A stretch of 64,000 bases of DNA from an uncultured delta proteobacterium. Its GTDB lineage: Bacteria > Desulfobacterota > Binatia > UBA9968. The stretch spans positions 1 through 64,000 of the forward strand of contig CAVSLC010000016.1 in NCBI GenBank assembly GCA_963728565.1, read 5' to 3'. Shown piece by piece: positions 1-9,842 of this stretch. Each line of letters begins with the position of its first letter. The stretch's first letter is position 1. The notes under the pieces were generated by a model. It was not told the origin of the DNA and searched no databases. It saw only the letters and a list, made by a program, of their open reading frames with translations. The position numbers and the translations under genes were made by a program.

Positions 1-201
1 ACGGACCCGGTTCTCCTGATGCTCCTGGCATTCTCGCTGGGACCGGTGGTCGTCGTCTCACCCATTGCCTCCACCACACCGATCTGGACCCTAATGATCA
101 CCGCGATTTTTCTCCGCCAGGTTGAAAGGATCACCATCGCCAGTGCCGTTGGCACCGTTCTGGTCGTCGCGGGCGTGGTTGCCATCGCATTAACACATTG
201 A
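1..201 (+). CDS. C-terminal part of a DMT/EamA-family membrane transporter (5' end outside window)
   Basis: Hydrophobic helices with the EamA-like pattern 'GPVVVVSPIASTTPIWTLMITAIFLRQVERIT...GTVLVVAGV'. Confidence 0.75.
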   Translation, partial: TDPVLLMLLAFSLGPVVVVSPIASTTPIWTLMITAIFLRQVERITIASAVGTVLVVAGVVAIALTH

Positions 202-392
202 AACGAATATTCGCTTCCGTCCGCATGCGCTTTATTTTTGAGGTCGGATCCTGTCGCGGCGCAAACAACCACACCGATCCGAGTTAGGGAACCCACACAA
301 ATCGCCATCGAAGCTCCTTTGTGCTATGTGACTCGGTGTGCCGAAGTAAGTAGTTTCTAGCAAGAATTAGAAAAACTATCGGAGAGCACGGA

Positions 393-1337
393 ATGAAATA
401 CGGAGTGTTCTTACCGGTGTCGGGTCGCGCTGCGAGTCGCAAGACCTTGATGCAGGCCGCGCAGCAGGCAGAATCCCTGGGTTACGATTCGGTATGGGCC
501 GCCGACCGTCTCGTCATGCCGTGGAAAATCGACACTGCTTATCCTTATAGCAAGGAGTCGACGTTCATCGTCCCGCCCGATCGGCCGTTTTTCGATACAT
601 TAACTTGTCTAGCTTTTTTGGCTGGATGCACGGAAACAATTCAGCTAGGGATGAGCGTGATGGTCCTGCCCTACCGCCATCCGCTTCATTGGGCAAAAAT
701 CGCGACAACCATCGATCAACTCTCAACCGGAAGACTGATAATGGGGGTAGGCGTGGGCTGGATGGAAGAAGAGTTTGCCGCCATGAACGCGCCGTTCAAA
801 GAGCGAGGCGGAGTTTCCGACGAGCAGCTGACTTTGCTGAAGCAACTCTGGACCGAAGAGCACATCACGTTCAGGGGCAAGTACTACAACGTCAACGACA
901 TAGCTTTCAATCCTAAACCCTATCAAAAACCGCGAGTTCCGATCTGGGTGGGCGGCGAAGGCAAATACGCTCAGCGCCGCGCCGGCCGATACGGCGATGC
1001 CTGGTTTCCTTACTTCGTGCGAATTACGCCGCCGGAATTAGCGGCGCGCTTCGAATATGTTCGGAAAGTCGCCAGAGAGTCGGGGCGCAGCCCCGATGAA
1101 TTAACCCTGACCTGCTGTTTGCCCATCGAGTTAACGCCCGACGATGCGCAACAGGAAGAAAATTATTTAAAGGGCAGCATTGAACAAGTCACCGACCGAT
1201 TGCAAATGTTCCAAAAGGTTGGAGTCACGCACATTGGCCTGCAGTTCATGGTACCGCATTATCCGGAGCGTCAGGAACAGATCGAGCGCTTCGCAAAAGA
1301 GGCGCTGCCCGCGTTGAAAGCTTACGGGAAGACTTAA
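393..1337 (+). CDS. LLM-class (probably F420-dependent) oxidoreductase
   Basis: Motifs 'AESLGYDSVWAADRL', 'GRLIMGVGVGWMEEEF', 'PKPYQKPRVPIWVGG'; RBS GGAGAG upstream. Confidence 0.85.
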   Translation: MKYGVFLPVSGRAASRKTLMQAAQQAESLGYDSVWAADRLVMPWKIDTAYPYSKESTFIVPPDRPFFDTLTCLAFLAGCTETIQLGMSVMVLPYRHPLHWAKIATTIDQLSTGRLIMGVGVGWMEEEFAAMNAPFKERGGVSDEQLTLLKQLWTEEHITFRGKYYNVNDIAFNPKPYQKPRVPIWVGGEGKYAQRRAGRYGDAWFPYFVRITPPELAARFEYVRKVARESGRSPDELTLTCCLPIELTPDDAQQEENYLKGSIEQVTDRLQMFQKVGVTHIGLQFMVPHYPERQEQIERFAKEALPALKAYGKT

Positions 1338-1412
1338 TCGTCCTCCTGTTCGCCCGAGCTAACGTTTGCCATCGCATCGTTCGCCTTTTCGCATGAGTAA
1401 CGTTTGGCGCGT

Positions 1413-1514
1413 CTCGAACCAAGGAAACTTCTGGAACGACGGAAAGCCTCCGAACGCTTTGAACCTTGATTGGAACATTTGGAGCTATGGGAACGAGTGG
1501 AACGATTCGAAACT
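1413..1514. repeat. Degenerate ~9-bp periodic repeat array (core T(G/T)GAAC)
   Basis: Units ctcgaacca/aggaaactt/ctggaacga/cggaaagcc/tccgaacgc/tttgaacct ... ttggaacat/ttggagcta/tgggaacga/gtggaacga in the intergenic region. Confidence 0.55.
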
Positions 1515-1591
1515 GCCGCAGTGTCTTGAAGTTAAACCTGTGGACGGGTAAAAACGGAACTTAAACAATCAGAACTCAGGAAGGATTTTTC

Positions 1592-2597
1592 ATGGCCAAT
1601 TTACCGCGCATAGCATTGATCCTGACGGGAGGAACCATCGATTCATTGGGCAAGGACAGATTAGATCTTGCCTGGTATATCGAAGCGGGCAAAAGACTCA
1701 ATGATGGAGAGCTTCTGCAGCAACTTCCGGAGCTAAAAGATATCGCTCAGGTACAAGAGATTCCGTTTCGCCGTTTACCGAGTCATGCGCTAGTCGATAA
1801 AGATTGGCTTGATCTGGTGCGAACCATTCATGCGATTTTCGACGACAACAAGGCCGATGGCATCGTTATCACTCACGGCACCAACACCATCGAAGAGACT
1901 GCGTATTTTCTGAATCTCACTCTAAAAACAGATAAGCCCGTGGTGGTCGTCGGCTCGATGCGGCCGGCATCGGCGATCAGCGCCGATGGGTATTTGAATT
2001 TGGTCAATGCCATCAAAGTCGCCGCCGAGCCATCTTCGCGCGGGACGCGGCTGCATGCTGGTGATGAACGATACGATTTTTAATGGACGGGATGTGACGA
2101 AGAACGCGACTTACCGGGTCGAAGCCTTCCAGTCGCGCGATCTGGGGCCGCTGGGATTTGCCGATGGCGACGGCAAGATCGTTTACTATCACCAACCGGT
2201 AAGAAAACACACTGTCGACACTGAGTTCGACGTGCGCAACCTGGAAACCCTACCGCGCGTTGACATGGTGCTCTCGTATGTCGGCGCCGACGGCACGATG
2301 ATTGAAGCCGCCGCCAATGCCGGAGCCAAAGGTATCGTCAGCGCCGGCACCGGCGCCGGACGGCCGACGCCGGCGGAAGACGCGGCTTTCGACAAAGCTT
2401 TCAAAGAGAAAGGAATGATTATGTGCCTTTGCAGCCGGGTTGCCTCGGGCCGGGTAGTGCGCAGCCCCGGCTTGGCCAGGCGTGGATTCGTTGCCGGCGA
2501 CAACTTGCAACCGTGGAAAGCGCGCCTGCTGCTCTCTTTAGCGCTTACGAAAACGAATAATGCCGACGAGATTCAGAGAATGTTCGATACGTATTAA
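1592..2597 (+). CDS. Asparaginase/glutaminase-family amidohydrolase, split by a frameshift near 2040
   Basis: 'LTGGTI' and 'THGTNTIEETAYFL' in ORF 1592-2083; C-terminal domain 'RDVTK', 'LPRVD..SYVGAD', 'DNLQPWKARLLL' in ORF 2007-2597; RBS AGGAAGGA. Confidence 0.88.
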
Positions 2598-2602
2598 TGA
2601 AA

Positions 2603-2625
2603 CACCTTCTCGGGTCCGAAAGGTG
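2603..2625. terminator. Hairpin just after the asparaginase stop (possible terminator)
   Basis: CACCTTCTCGG-GT-CCGAAAGGTG imperfect inverted repeat; no U-tract. Confidence 0.3.
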
Positions 2626-2980
2626 CCGTAGCGCAAGACAAGCCTGCAAAGGATTCTACCATCATCGGCGGAAACTGAGCTGAACTGAGCGCAAGCGGTA
2701 TGAAGAAGAAATGCAATTGAGCTTAACGACGAGCTACGTGCTGGATACGACTCGCACCTAAGCGCAAAACGAAGCATCCGGAGAAAACACGCGCGGCCAG
2801 TAGGGGCCGTAAAACAAACCTCAGGCTAGTGTCCCGGTGTATTGTCGGCGCGAGCGACCGTCGTTGCGGCGAATGCACGTCGCAAATCTTGGAGAAATTG
2901 CTATCCCTGATTACGAGCACCGTAATGCATCGTTAATGGGTTGGGGTGCAGTGTAGATTAGGAGAACCGCCGAAGCGAAC

Positions 2981-3202
2981 TTATGTGCGCTCGGGTGCCG
3001 ATAAGGCATCGGGTTCGGGCGCCGCTCGGCGTACCTTGCCTGCTGCGATCTCGCGGAGAGCTACGACAATCGCTCGATTATCCGAGGCCAAGAGAGGCTT
3101 CGCTCCCTTTAGGAGCTGCTTTGCTCTTTTTGCCGCTAGTATTACAAGCTCAAAACGACTAGGAATTTCCGACAGACAGTCTTCTACAGTGATTCTGGCC
3201 AT
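2981..3202 (-). CDS. rpoZ: DNA-directed RNA polymerase subunit omega
   Basis: '[10 protein letters not shown]...[16 protein letters not shown]...[10 protein letters not shown]' is the omega signature. Confidence 0.97.
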   Translation of the reverse strand: MARITVEDCLSEIPSRFELVILAAKRAKQLLKGAKPLLASDNRAIVVALREIAAGKVRRAAPEPDALSAPERT

Positions 3203-3366
3203 AGCGGTATGTTATCTTGCCGCATCGCGTTTAACAAGAGATCGGCGCAAGCGCAGCGTTACCATGGGCGAGCGAGAGTTTTGCCTCTTGCGTGATTGCA
3301 GCGCATCTGGCGAAGATCGCGAGTTACGAATCTATATCAACAGTCTCAGCAATCCACGACGACGGT

Positions 3367-4320
3367 TCACGGACGCGATGGCTTGGGGCGCACGACTTCC
3401 ACCGAGCAGTTCGCGCGCACAGCGACATCGGAAGAAACGCTACCGATAAGAAAACGTTCGATCCCGCTTAGCCCTCGTGCTCCGATCACGATGCAGTCCG
3501 CCTGCCAATCTACGGCGGCGTCCAGAAGACGTTGACTCGGAGCGCCTCTTACAACTTCGCGGGAAATCTCTAATCCTGCGGCCTGTAGCTTGTCGCTCGC
3601 GGCTTTCATCATTCGGTCAACCCATGCTTGATCATCATCCGAATCTGCCGCACTCGACCAACGTGCCAAACGCGGGATAAGAGACGGCGTTAGAATTGAA
3701 AGCCGGTCATCGATTACGGTAATCAAATGGGCTTGGCTTCCCGCTGGCCACGTACGCTCGGCCACCGCCTCCATCGCCAACTCAGCATCAGGCGATCCGT
3801 CTAGACCGATGATAATCCGCACCGAGGTTTCCTTAGCCCTGGAAGAAGGCCGCCCCACTCTGACGGTGCGTTCACAGGCGCCGACGACTTTTCGCAGTAT
3901 ACTGCCCAATTGTATTCGCTCGATAAACGAATGCTTTCCAGCACCGACGACGACCATGTCGGCGCCCCACTCTTCAGCCTTCAAGATGATTCCCCAGCCA
4001 GGCCAGTTAACATCCGTTTCGGCGCTTACCGCCCATGATGTAAATAGCTGCTTGATGCGGGCGGCGCCTTGAGCCGCCACCGAAGCAGCCTCTTCCCGCG
4101 CCTTCAAAGCTCGCGCGCGCATTTCTTCGGCGCGTTTCCGGATCTTCTCATCCAACGGCGAAGATCCCCAATCCTTTGGGTCAACGGTCGGCGGCAAGAA
4201 TGCATCTGCGACGGTCAGAACTATCGCTTCAACATCCTGCGGCAGCCCGGCGCGCTGGAGATCGTCGATCGCTGCGTCAGCATGCTCGGATCCATCGTAT
4301 CCAATCAATAACTTTCTCAT
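3367..4320 (-). CDS. Universal stress protein with tandem UspA domains
   Basis: Two USP domains: 'LLIGYDGSEHA...ADMVVVG...LGSI' and 'IIIGLDGSPDA...DCIVIGARG...FLIGSVS'; ATG at 4320 follows GAAAGGA. Confidence 0.92.
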   Translation of the reverse strand: MRKLLIGYDGSEHADAAIDDLQRAGLPQDVEAIVLTVADAFLPPTVDPKDWGSSPLDEKIRKRAEEMRARALKAREEAASVAAQGAARIKQLFTSWAVSAETDVNWPGWGIILKAEEWGADMVVVGAGKHSFIERIQLGSILRKVVGACERTVRVGRPSSRAKETSVRIIIGLDGSPDAELAMEAVAERTWPAGSQAHLITVIDDRLSILTPSLIPRLARWSSAADSDDDQAWVDRMMKAASDKLQAAGLEISREVVRGAPSQRLLDAAVDWQADCIVIGARGLSGIERFLIGSVSSDVAVRANCSVEVVRPKPSRP

Positions 4321-4685
4321 GAATGTTCCTTTCAAGCTTGCTTGCGCCGCTGCTGTCCGGTTGTATGCTCCTCAGCGCACGGGTGGCTGTCATGCTCCCT
4401 TATAGCGTCGAACGGATCCCCGTTCAACGCGCGTGGGAGACTCTGAGCGCCGAGCATCTCCACGATTTGGCATCGATCCGGAGAGTGTATTTTCTCTTCA
4501 ACGCTCACGGCCGCCGGCATTTTTATGCCTCATCCGATACGGTTCGCATTCCTATTCGGCGCTAAATGAGCACCACCAATCGGAGGAGTTATTTAAACTT
4601 GATACCGTCAATCCAGGGAGAGCGGTGACTCTTTTTCCCAATGTTGGCGAACCGGCTGGCGCGCGCGATAGTCAGTTGGAAAATT

Positions 4686-5309
4686 TCACTGCTTGCTGCC
4701 GAGCAAGTTTCTATCCTTTAGCGCCCCGATGACGTTGTCCACATAAGTCTTAATTGCCGAATCGACATTGTCGGGCGCGGTTGTTTTGAGAGTACCGGTC
4801 CAAACGACTTGATTCTTGATCAAATCGTTAAGAGTGGCTTCAGACGTATACTCCTCATACCGATAAACTCGCGGCGCGCCGTACCAACCGTACCATGTAG
4901 CGGAAACATGCCGGCCAAAAATACCGAACCCGGGTGAGGGGAAGTAAGTAGGGCTGACTTCTGTCTTCTCTTCAACGCTGACTGACCGAATAATGAGCGC
5001 GCCATCCGCGCCGGCTTCTTTCGCCATTTGTTTCAGTTTCGTTCCATCGAGTTTCGCATCCTCGGGAAAACTCCGATAGCTCGGCAGCGCATCAACACCT
5101 GAGGCTCTGAGTTGCGCAACAAACTCATCTTCACAGTTGCGGCGGATGCTAAGATGCCCATCGACACAACTCACTGCTATTTTTTTGAAAAACGGCGATT
5201 CGTAAGCGCGATTGCTCCATTGGCTCACCAACATCGGCGTGCTAGCGCAGCCGGCAAAAAACAACGTCGCCGTCATCACAAAGAACGTCAAAACCCGCAT
5301 CTGTCTCAT
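4686..5309 (-). CDS. Putative lipoprotein (DUF4136-like)
   Basis: Lipobox 'LFFAGC' after a hydrophobic stretch; Gly/Tyr-rich middle and 'VVWTG' C-terminus; start placed at ATG 5309. Confidence 0.65.
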   Translation of the reverse strand: MRQMRVLTFFVMTATLFFAGCASTPMLVSQWSNRAYESPFFKKIAVSCVDGHLSIRRNCEDEFVAQLRASGVDALPSYRSFPEDAKLDGTKLKQMAKEAGADGALIIRSVSVEEKTEVSPTYFPSPGFGIFGRHVSATWYGWYGAPRVYRYEEYTSEATLNDLIKNQVVWTGTLKTTAPDNVDSAIKTYVDNVIGALKDRNLLGSKQ

Positions 5310-5638
5310 GTAATTAGGCCTCTTGATCAAGTGAACCATGATATAAGGGACGCCATTCGGTGCCCAGGAAATATAAAGATGATAACAATTGGAGCGGGTT
5401 TTTCTAAGGAAGGGTGTCGAACGGCAATGCAAGTTATAGAGCCAGGCTCTGATTTGCCTGATCGATTGTTTTGCTCTTTAACAGCATGCGCGGCAACTCG
5501 TCCTGGGGGGATGCTGTCCAAAAATCGGTTCCACGGATGCGTCTTCCGCCAGCTTCCCTGAGCCTGACCCACTTTCGAAATGTCACCGAAGCCGTAGATC
5601 CGGGTATCCGCAGTGGAGCTCTGATCGCCCACAGTGGC

Positions 5639-6616
5639 TTAATCGAGGGTCGCGACCGCATCGCTTGGTCGCAAAGATTGGAGATAAGCGGTCACTGCGT
5701 GGGCGTCTCTCGGCGCCTTGCGCAGATTTCGCACCAGCGCCTTTAAGTCCTGGGTGGTCTCGTAAAGGGCTACGATGCGATCGAAGTGGCGATAGTAAGC
5801 CAAGTCGTGACTGAGCTTAGCTTCGATGGCCGTCTCTGGATGCTGGCCTCGAATCTGGCGCTGAAAATGGCGGTGATAAACGGGATACGAAGGAATCATC
5901 GCCACGATCTTCTGTTTCGCGCTCTCGACAGATTCATTGCTAAAAATCGTTTCCGCCGCCGTGACCAATTGGCCGAGTTCTCGTGACAGTTGCCTTTCAT
6001 CGTCTAGTCGTTCCTGGGCTCTCTCAAGATTGGCTGAATCCGACCTTCGCTTGAAGAACTCCACCGCCGCTATCGAACCTAGGGGGGTGATTAGCGATTC
6101 TTCGATCTCCCATGGCAGGTCAAAATTACTGTCACCGTGCAAATCCTCGTGGATCACCACCGTCACCTGACGCACGGCACCCTCGCGCGCAAAGCTTTCC
6201 GTGGCCACCGATCTGGGGTCGGCGAACTCGTTGCCCTGGCGGTAATAAACGCTGTAACCGTCGACTCGGTAGACCTGATCAAGCGGAACTTCTTCCTTTG
6301 TCTTAGCAAACCCCAGAGTCAAACGAACATCAATCGGATCTCGCAAAGCCAGGGTACCCGCGCGTTGTAGCCAGAACCACAACATCGAAGTTGGAGTTCT
6401 TTGCTCGCTAGTTTGCGCCAGGGCCTGAGTAGGCTCGAGTCCCAGATCTCTTTCGAATGCTTTGATCTCCTGGATCGTAGCCGAAGCATCGCGAAGCAAC
6501 TCTGTTTCGTTCCGGATGGGCATCCCTGTCAAACTACAGGAGGAGATGAGGAAAGCAAAAATGATTGCTCCGATCGCTTGTTTGAAGCGATGACGATTAT
6601 TTCTTTCCGAAACCAA
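5639..6616 (-). CDS. Lipoprotein, putative zinc aminopeptidase-like (HExxH) protein
   Basis: Lipobox 'LISSC'; 'VVIHEDLH' followed by 'EESL' (gluzincin-like spacing); TTG start. Confidence 0.55.
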   Translation of the reverse strand: MVSERNNRHRFKQAIGAIIFAFLISSCSLTGMPIRNETELLRDASATIQEIKAFERDLGLEPTQALAQTSEQRTPTSMLWFWLQRAGTLALRDPIDVRLTLGFAKTKEEVPLDQVYRVDGYSVYYRQGNEFADPRSVATESFAREGAVRQVTVVIHEDLHGDSNFDLPWEIEESLITPLGSIAAVEFFKRRSDSANLERAQERLDDERQLSRELGQLVTAAETIFSNESVESAKQKIVAMIPSYPVYHRHFQRQIRGQHPETAIEAKLSHDLAYYRHFDRIVALYETTQDLKALVRNLRKAPRDAHAVTAYLQSLRPSDAVATLD

Positions 6617-6649
6617 AATCGACGTCCATACTTGAACGACTTACTGCGG

Positions 6650-7545
6650 TTAAATCGCAAACAGAGAATGCACCGGCGCTTTGTGCGGAATCCAGCCGAC
6701 TTCAACCATCATGTCCATCTCTGCATCGAGCTAGCTTCTGCTCGGTTTCGGTCAAGGTAAATTCGATTTTGCGGATACCGCGCAGAAGCAAGTAAAGCCT
6801 GTTTATCGCCGGGGTAAGTCTTAACGAACTCGTCGGCAATTTCTTCTAGATGTTCCTCACTGTAAGCGAAAGAGGCGCGAAACGCGGCTTGCAACTTTTC
6901 TTTCAAATCGGGCTGCTCGCGCGACAACGTTTCTTGCATGGCGATCATGTGCTTGATGATTTCCGAAAAACCCAATAGCGAATGCCAAATCTCGCCGTCC
7001 GTATACAGGCACTGGATTTCCGGATCTTGTTCGCCATGGAAGAAGAACTGATCGAGCAGCACCACCGCGTCGGCATCTCCCCGCTTCAATGCCGCCAGCA
7101 GTTGTTCTTGCGGATGGGAGACCCACTGCAAGCCGCCATCATCGATGCCGAATTTGTGCCGCAGCAAGTATCGGTGGATTGCGTGCGGCCCCTGATGCGA
7201 ACCGATGACACGTCCCGCCAAATCGCGCGGGTCGCGCACTGGGCCGTCTTTGCGCACGAACATGCCGTTTCCTTTCATGGTCGACTTCCATTCCGTGCAC
7301 AGACCGACGATCGGCGCCCCGGCTAATTTGCGGCGCAAGAAGTTAGGCAGGTAGAGATTCGCGACTTGCACATCGCCGCGAATCAGCGCGTCCTCCTGTT
7401 CATGACTCGGCGGATCCGGCAGTTCAATGACTTTCATTGTAAAGCCGTCGGGCCTGACGATACCCTTAGCTAGCGCATAGTAGGTTCGATACATGCAGAA
7501 ACGATTACGGTAATGGGCAAATGTGATTTGCATCGCGGTCCTCAT
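6650..7545 (-). CDS. Cytoplasmic SBP-fold (type 2 periplasmic-binding fold) protein; C-terminus frameshifted near 6770 and 6727
   Basis: 'VRKDGPVRDPRDLAGRVIG', 'LKRGDADA', 'AFRASFAY'; no signal peptide; removing two extra bases gives '...RYPKIEFTLTETEQKLADAEMDMMVEVGWIPHKAPVHSLFAI*' ending 6650. Confidence 0.7.
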
Positions 7546-8779
7546 CCTTTGGCGACATCATCCTTCTTTTGATTAACGATATCGAGCGCGGCCATGGCAT
7601 ACACCTTGGTGCAATTAATCATATTTTCGATACCGACGCCGCGGCGAACTCCGCTGGGCGCGTCCCATTCCGGGCCGGCTTTGGTTTCAGTCGGATCGAC
7701 CAGATGGGTGCCGAACCCCGGACCATAAGTAATCGCCGGCACGCCGTAGGCGGCGATGCGCGAGCCATCGCTGGTAATGCCGTAACGAATCGGTTTAGCA
7801 TACGGTACCGGCTGGTTGAAAACCGTCCTGTGCGCCTGTTCCATCGCCTTGACGACGTATTCGCGCTTGGAAATCTCATAGCCCGGCGTGGTTAAATAGA
7901 GGTCGACTCGAATATCGAGGATATCCGGTTCTCGTTTGCGCATTCTTTCGCACACCTGTTCGATATCACGCTTAATCGCCAACGGCACGGCGCCCGGAAG
8001 CATCTTGACGATGACGAAAATGTCCGTCATCGGCCGCGTTCCAGGTTTAAACGCGTTACCCCCATCGATGGCGCCGATTTGCACGGTCGGCAGCATAAAC
8101 TTATGCGGGTTCTTCCTTTGATATTCTTTCTCCCAATCCTGAATCGCCTGCGCCACCTTGCAGGCTGCTAATACGAATTTCGTCGCCCTACGCATCGACG
8201 CTGACGCGCGCCCATAACAGTCCGGCGTTGCCGATTTGCAGTTGCAAGTCCGGTAGGTTCGCCGATGATGCACATATCAGCCATCACACCATGATCCATC
8301 ATATAACGCGCGCCGACTCCGGCGCCGCGATAATTTTTGCCTTGAAATCTGCCGATCTGGGCTTTCTCGATCTCACCGACAACTCCGGAGATAATCAGGT
8401 CGCCTTTTAATTGAACGCCTGCTTTTTGAAGCGCGGCGACCGCTTCGATATAGCACGGAAACGCTGCCTTCATATTGACCAATCCACGTCCATAAATCCG
8501 ATCATCTTCGACGACGGTTTCCTGGGGGTTGTCGAAATGGTCCATGTGAGCGCAAAACATCAGAGTCGCGCCGCCGCCGCTCCCCTTTAACGTGCCGATG
8601 ACATTGGGCCTTCCCTCTTCGACTTCTTGATATTCGACTTGCATGCCGAGTCTCTCAAATTCGCTTCCTAGATATTCTGCGACTTCTTTTTCCTCTCCGG
8701 TGATGCTCACCGTATCAGCCAGTTTGCAGGCGATTTCGACAATTCGCTGGCGATCCACCTGCTCAAGCACTTGTTGCAT
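7542..8779 (-). CDS. M20/ArgE-DapE family metallo-amidohydrolase, frameshifted near 8190-8245
   Basis: 'RPNVIGTLKG', 'CAHMDH', 'IYGRGLVNMKA', 'VVGEIE', 'IIGEPT'; C-terminal 'SDG...GVPAITYGPG'; RBS GGAGAAG before ATG 8779. Confidence 0.85.
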
Positions 8780-8948
8780 TCACTTCTCCTCTCTCCGGGT
8801 GTACGCACTGATAAACAGAACGTCTGTAACACAATGGCGTTGTTGCTGACAACGATTGATATTGACGGACCCGCACAATTTGCCTAGATTCGTCAGGTCT
8901 TCTGGTTTCGGCAGACTCCATCATCTTCATGAAGTGGCTTTGTATCCG

Positions 8949-9701
8949 ATGGCCGGCATAGACAATAAAGTAGCGATTATTACCGGTAGCGGTGGAGGAA
9001 TTGGCGGCGCCATCGCCCTCCGCTATGCACGAGAAGGCGCCAAACTCGCTCTCGCTGACATCGTTGCCGAGACTGCGAAAAGTCGCGCCAGCGAAATTAA
9101 CTCCATGGGCGGTGACGCTTTTGCCAGCGCAACGGACGTCACCAACAAAGACTCGGTGCGGCAAATGGTTCACACCACACTCGAACGGTGGGGGCGGATC
9201 GACATTTTAGTCAACGTCGCCGGCGGCGCCGATCGCAAGCCGGTGGTGGAGATGACCGAAACCGATTGGGACGCATATCGTTAATATGAACCTCAAATCC
9301 GTGTTCCTCTGCTGTCAAGCTGTGTATGCCGGCGATGTTGAAACAGAAATCTGGCAAAATCGTTAGCATCTCATCCATCTATGGTTTCACCGGAAACGCC
9401 ACCCGTTCAAGCTATGCGGCAGCCAAAGCGGGCGTTGCGGTGTTTACCAAATCCCTCGCTCTCGAGGTCGCCAAGGAAGGTATTAGCGTCAACGCCATCG
9501 CTCCCGGCCGGGTATCCACACCAAGGGTGCGCGGCCACTATTCAGACGAGCAATGGGCGGAAGCGATGGCGCTAGATTCCCGCGGGCCGTGCAGGAACCC
9601 CGGACGAGGTCGCCAGCACTGCCCTTTTTCTCGTTTCCGAGGAGAATCGCTACATCACCGGTCAGACAATTCATGTGAACGGCGCTTGGCTCAACTACTA
9701 A
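8949..9701 (+). CDS. Short-chain dehydrogenase/reductase (FabG-like), frameshifted near 9275-9325 and 9575
   Basis: 'TGSGGGIG', 'DILVNVAG', 'YAAAKAG' (YxxxK), 'VNAIAPG'; C-terminus 'YITGQTIHVNGAWLNY*' in another frame. Confidence 0.88.
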
Positions 9702-9842
9702 GTCGAACTTGTCAGAGGAAATCAAATCCGTAAACAAAGTTTTCCAGACCGGTCAAAAAGTAACAGCTGCGAGGCGCGTAAAATTCGACGAGCGAAGGCG
9801 TACTCTTGATGTACGTCGCAGCGAGATGAACGAGCGGAACGA

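Noticed and set aside
1366-1551. 61-aa ORF with W-N-x periodicity
   Set aside because: Explained by the 9-bp DNA repeat; TTG start with no clear RBS.
2626-2980. 355-bp gap downstream of rpoZ as a possible ncRNA or ORF
   Set aside because: No recognisable RNA motif, and the short ORFs have no protein-like features.
4332-4520. 62-aa ORF upstream of the USP gene
   Set aside because: Only a weak RBS and no recognisable motif.
5428-5444. Sigma-54-like TGGC...TTGCA on the minus strand
   Set aside because: GG-to-GC spacing is 11 nt instead of the required 10.
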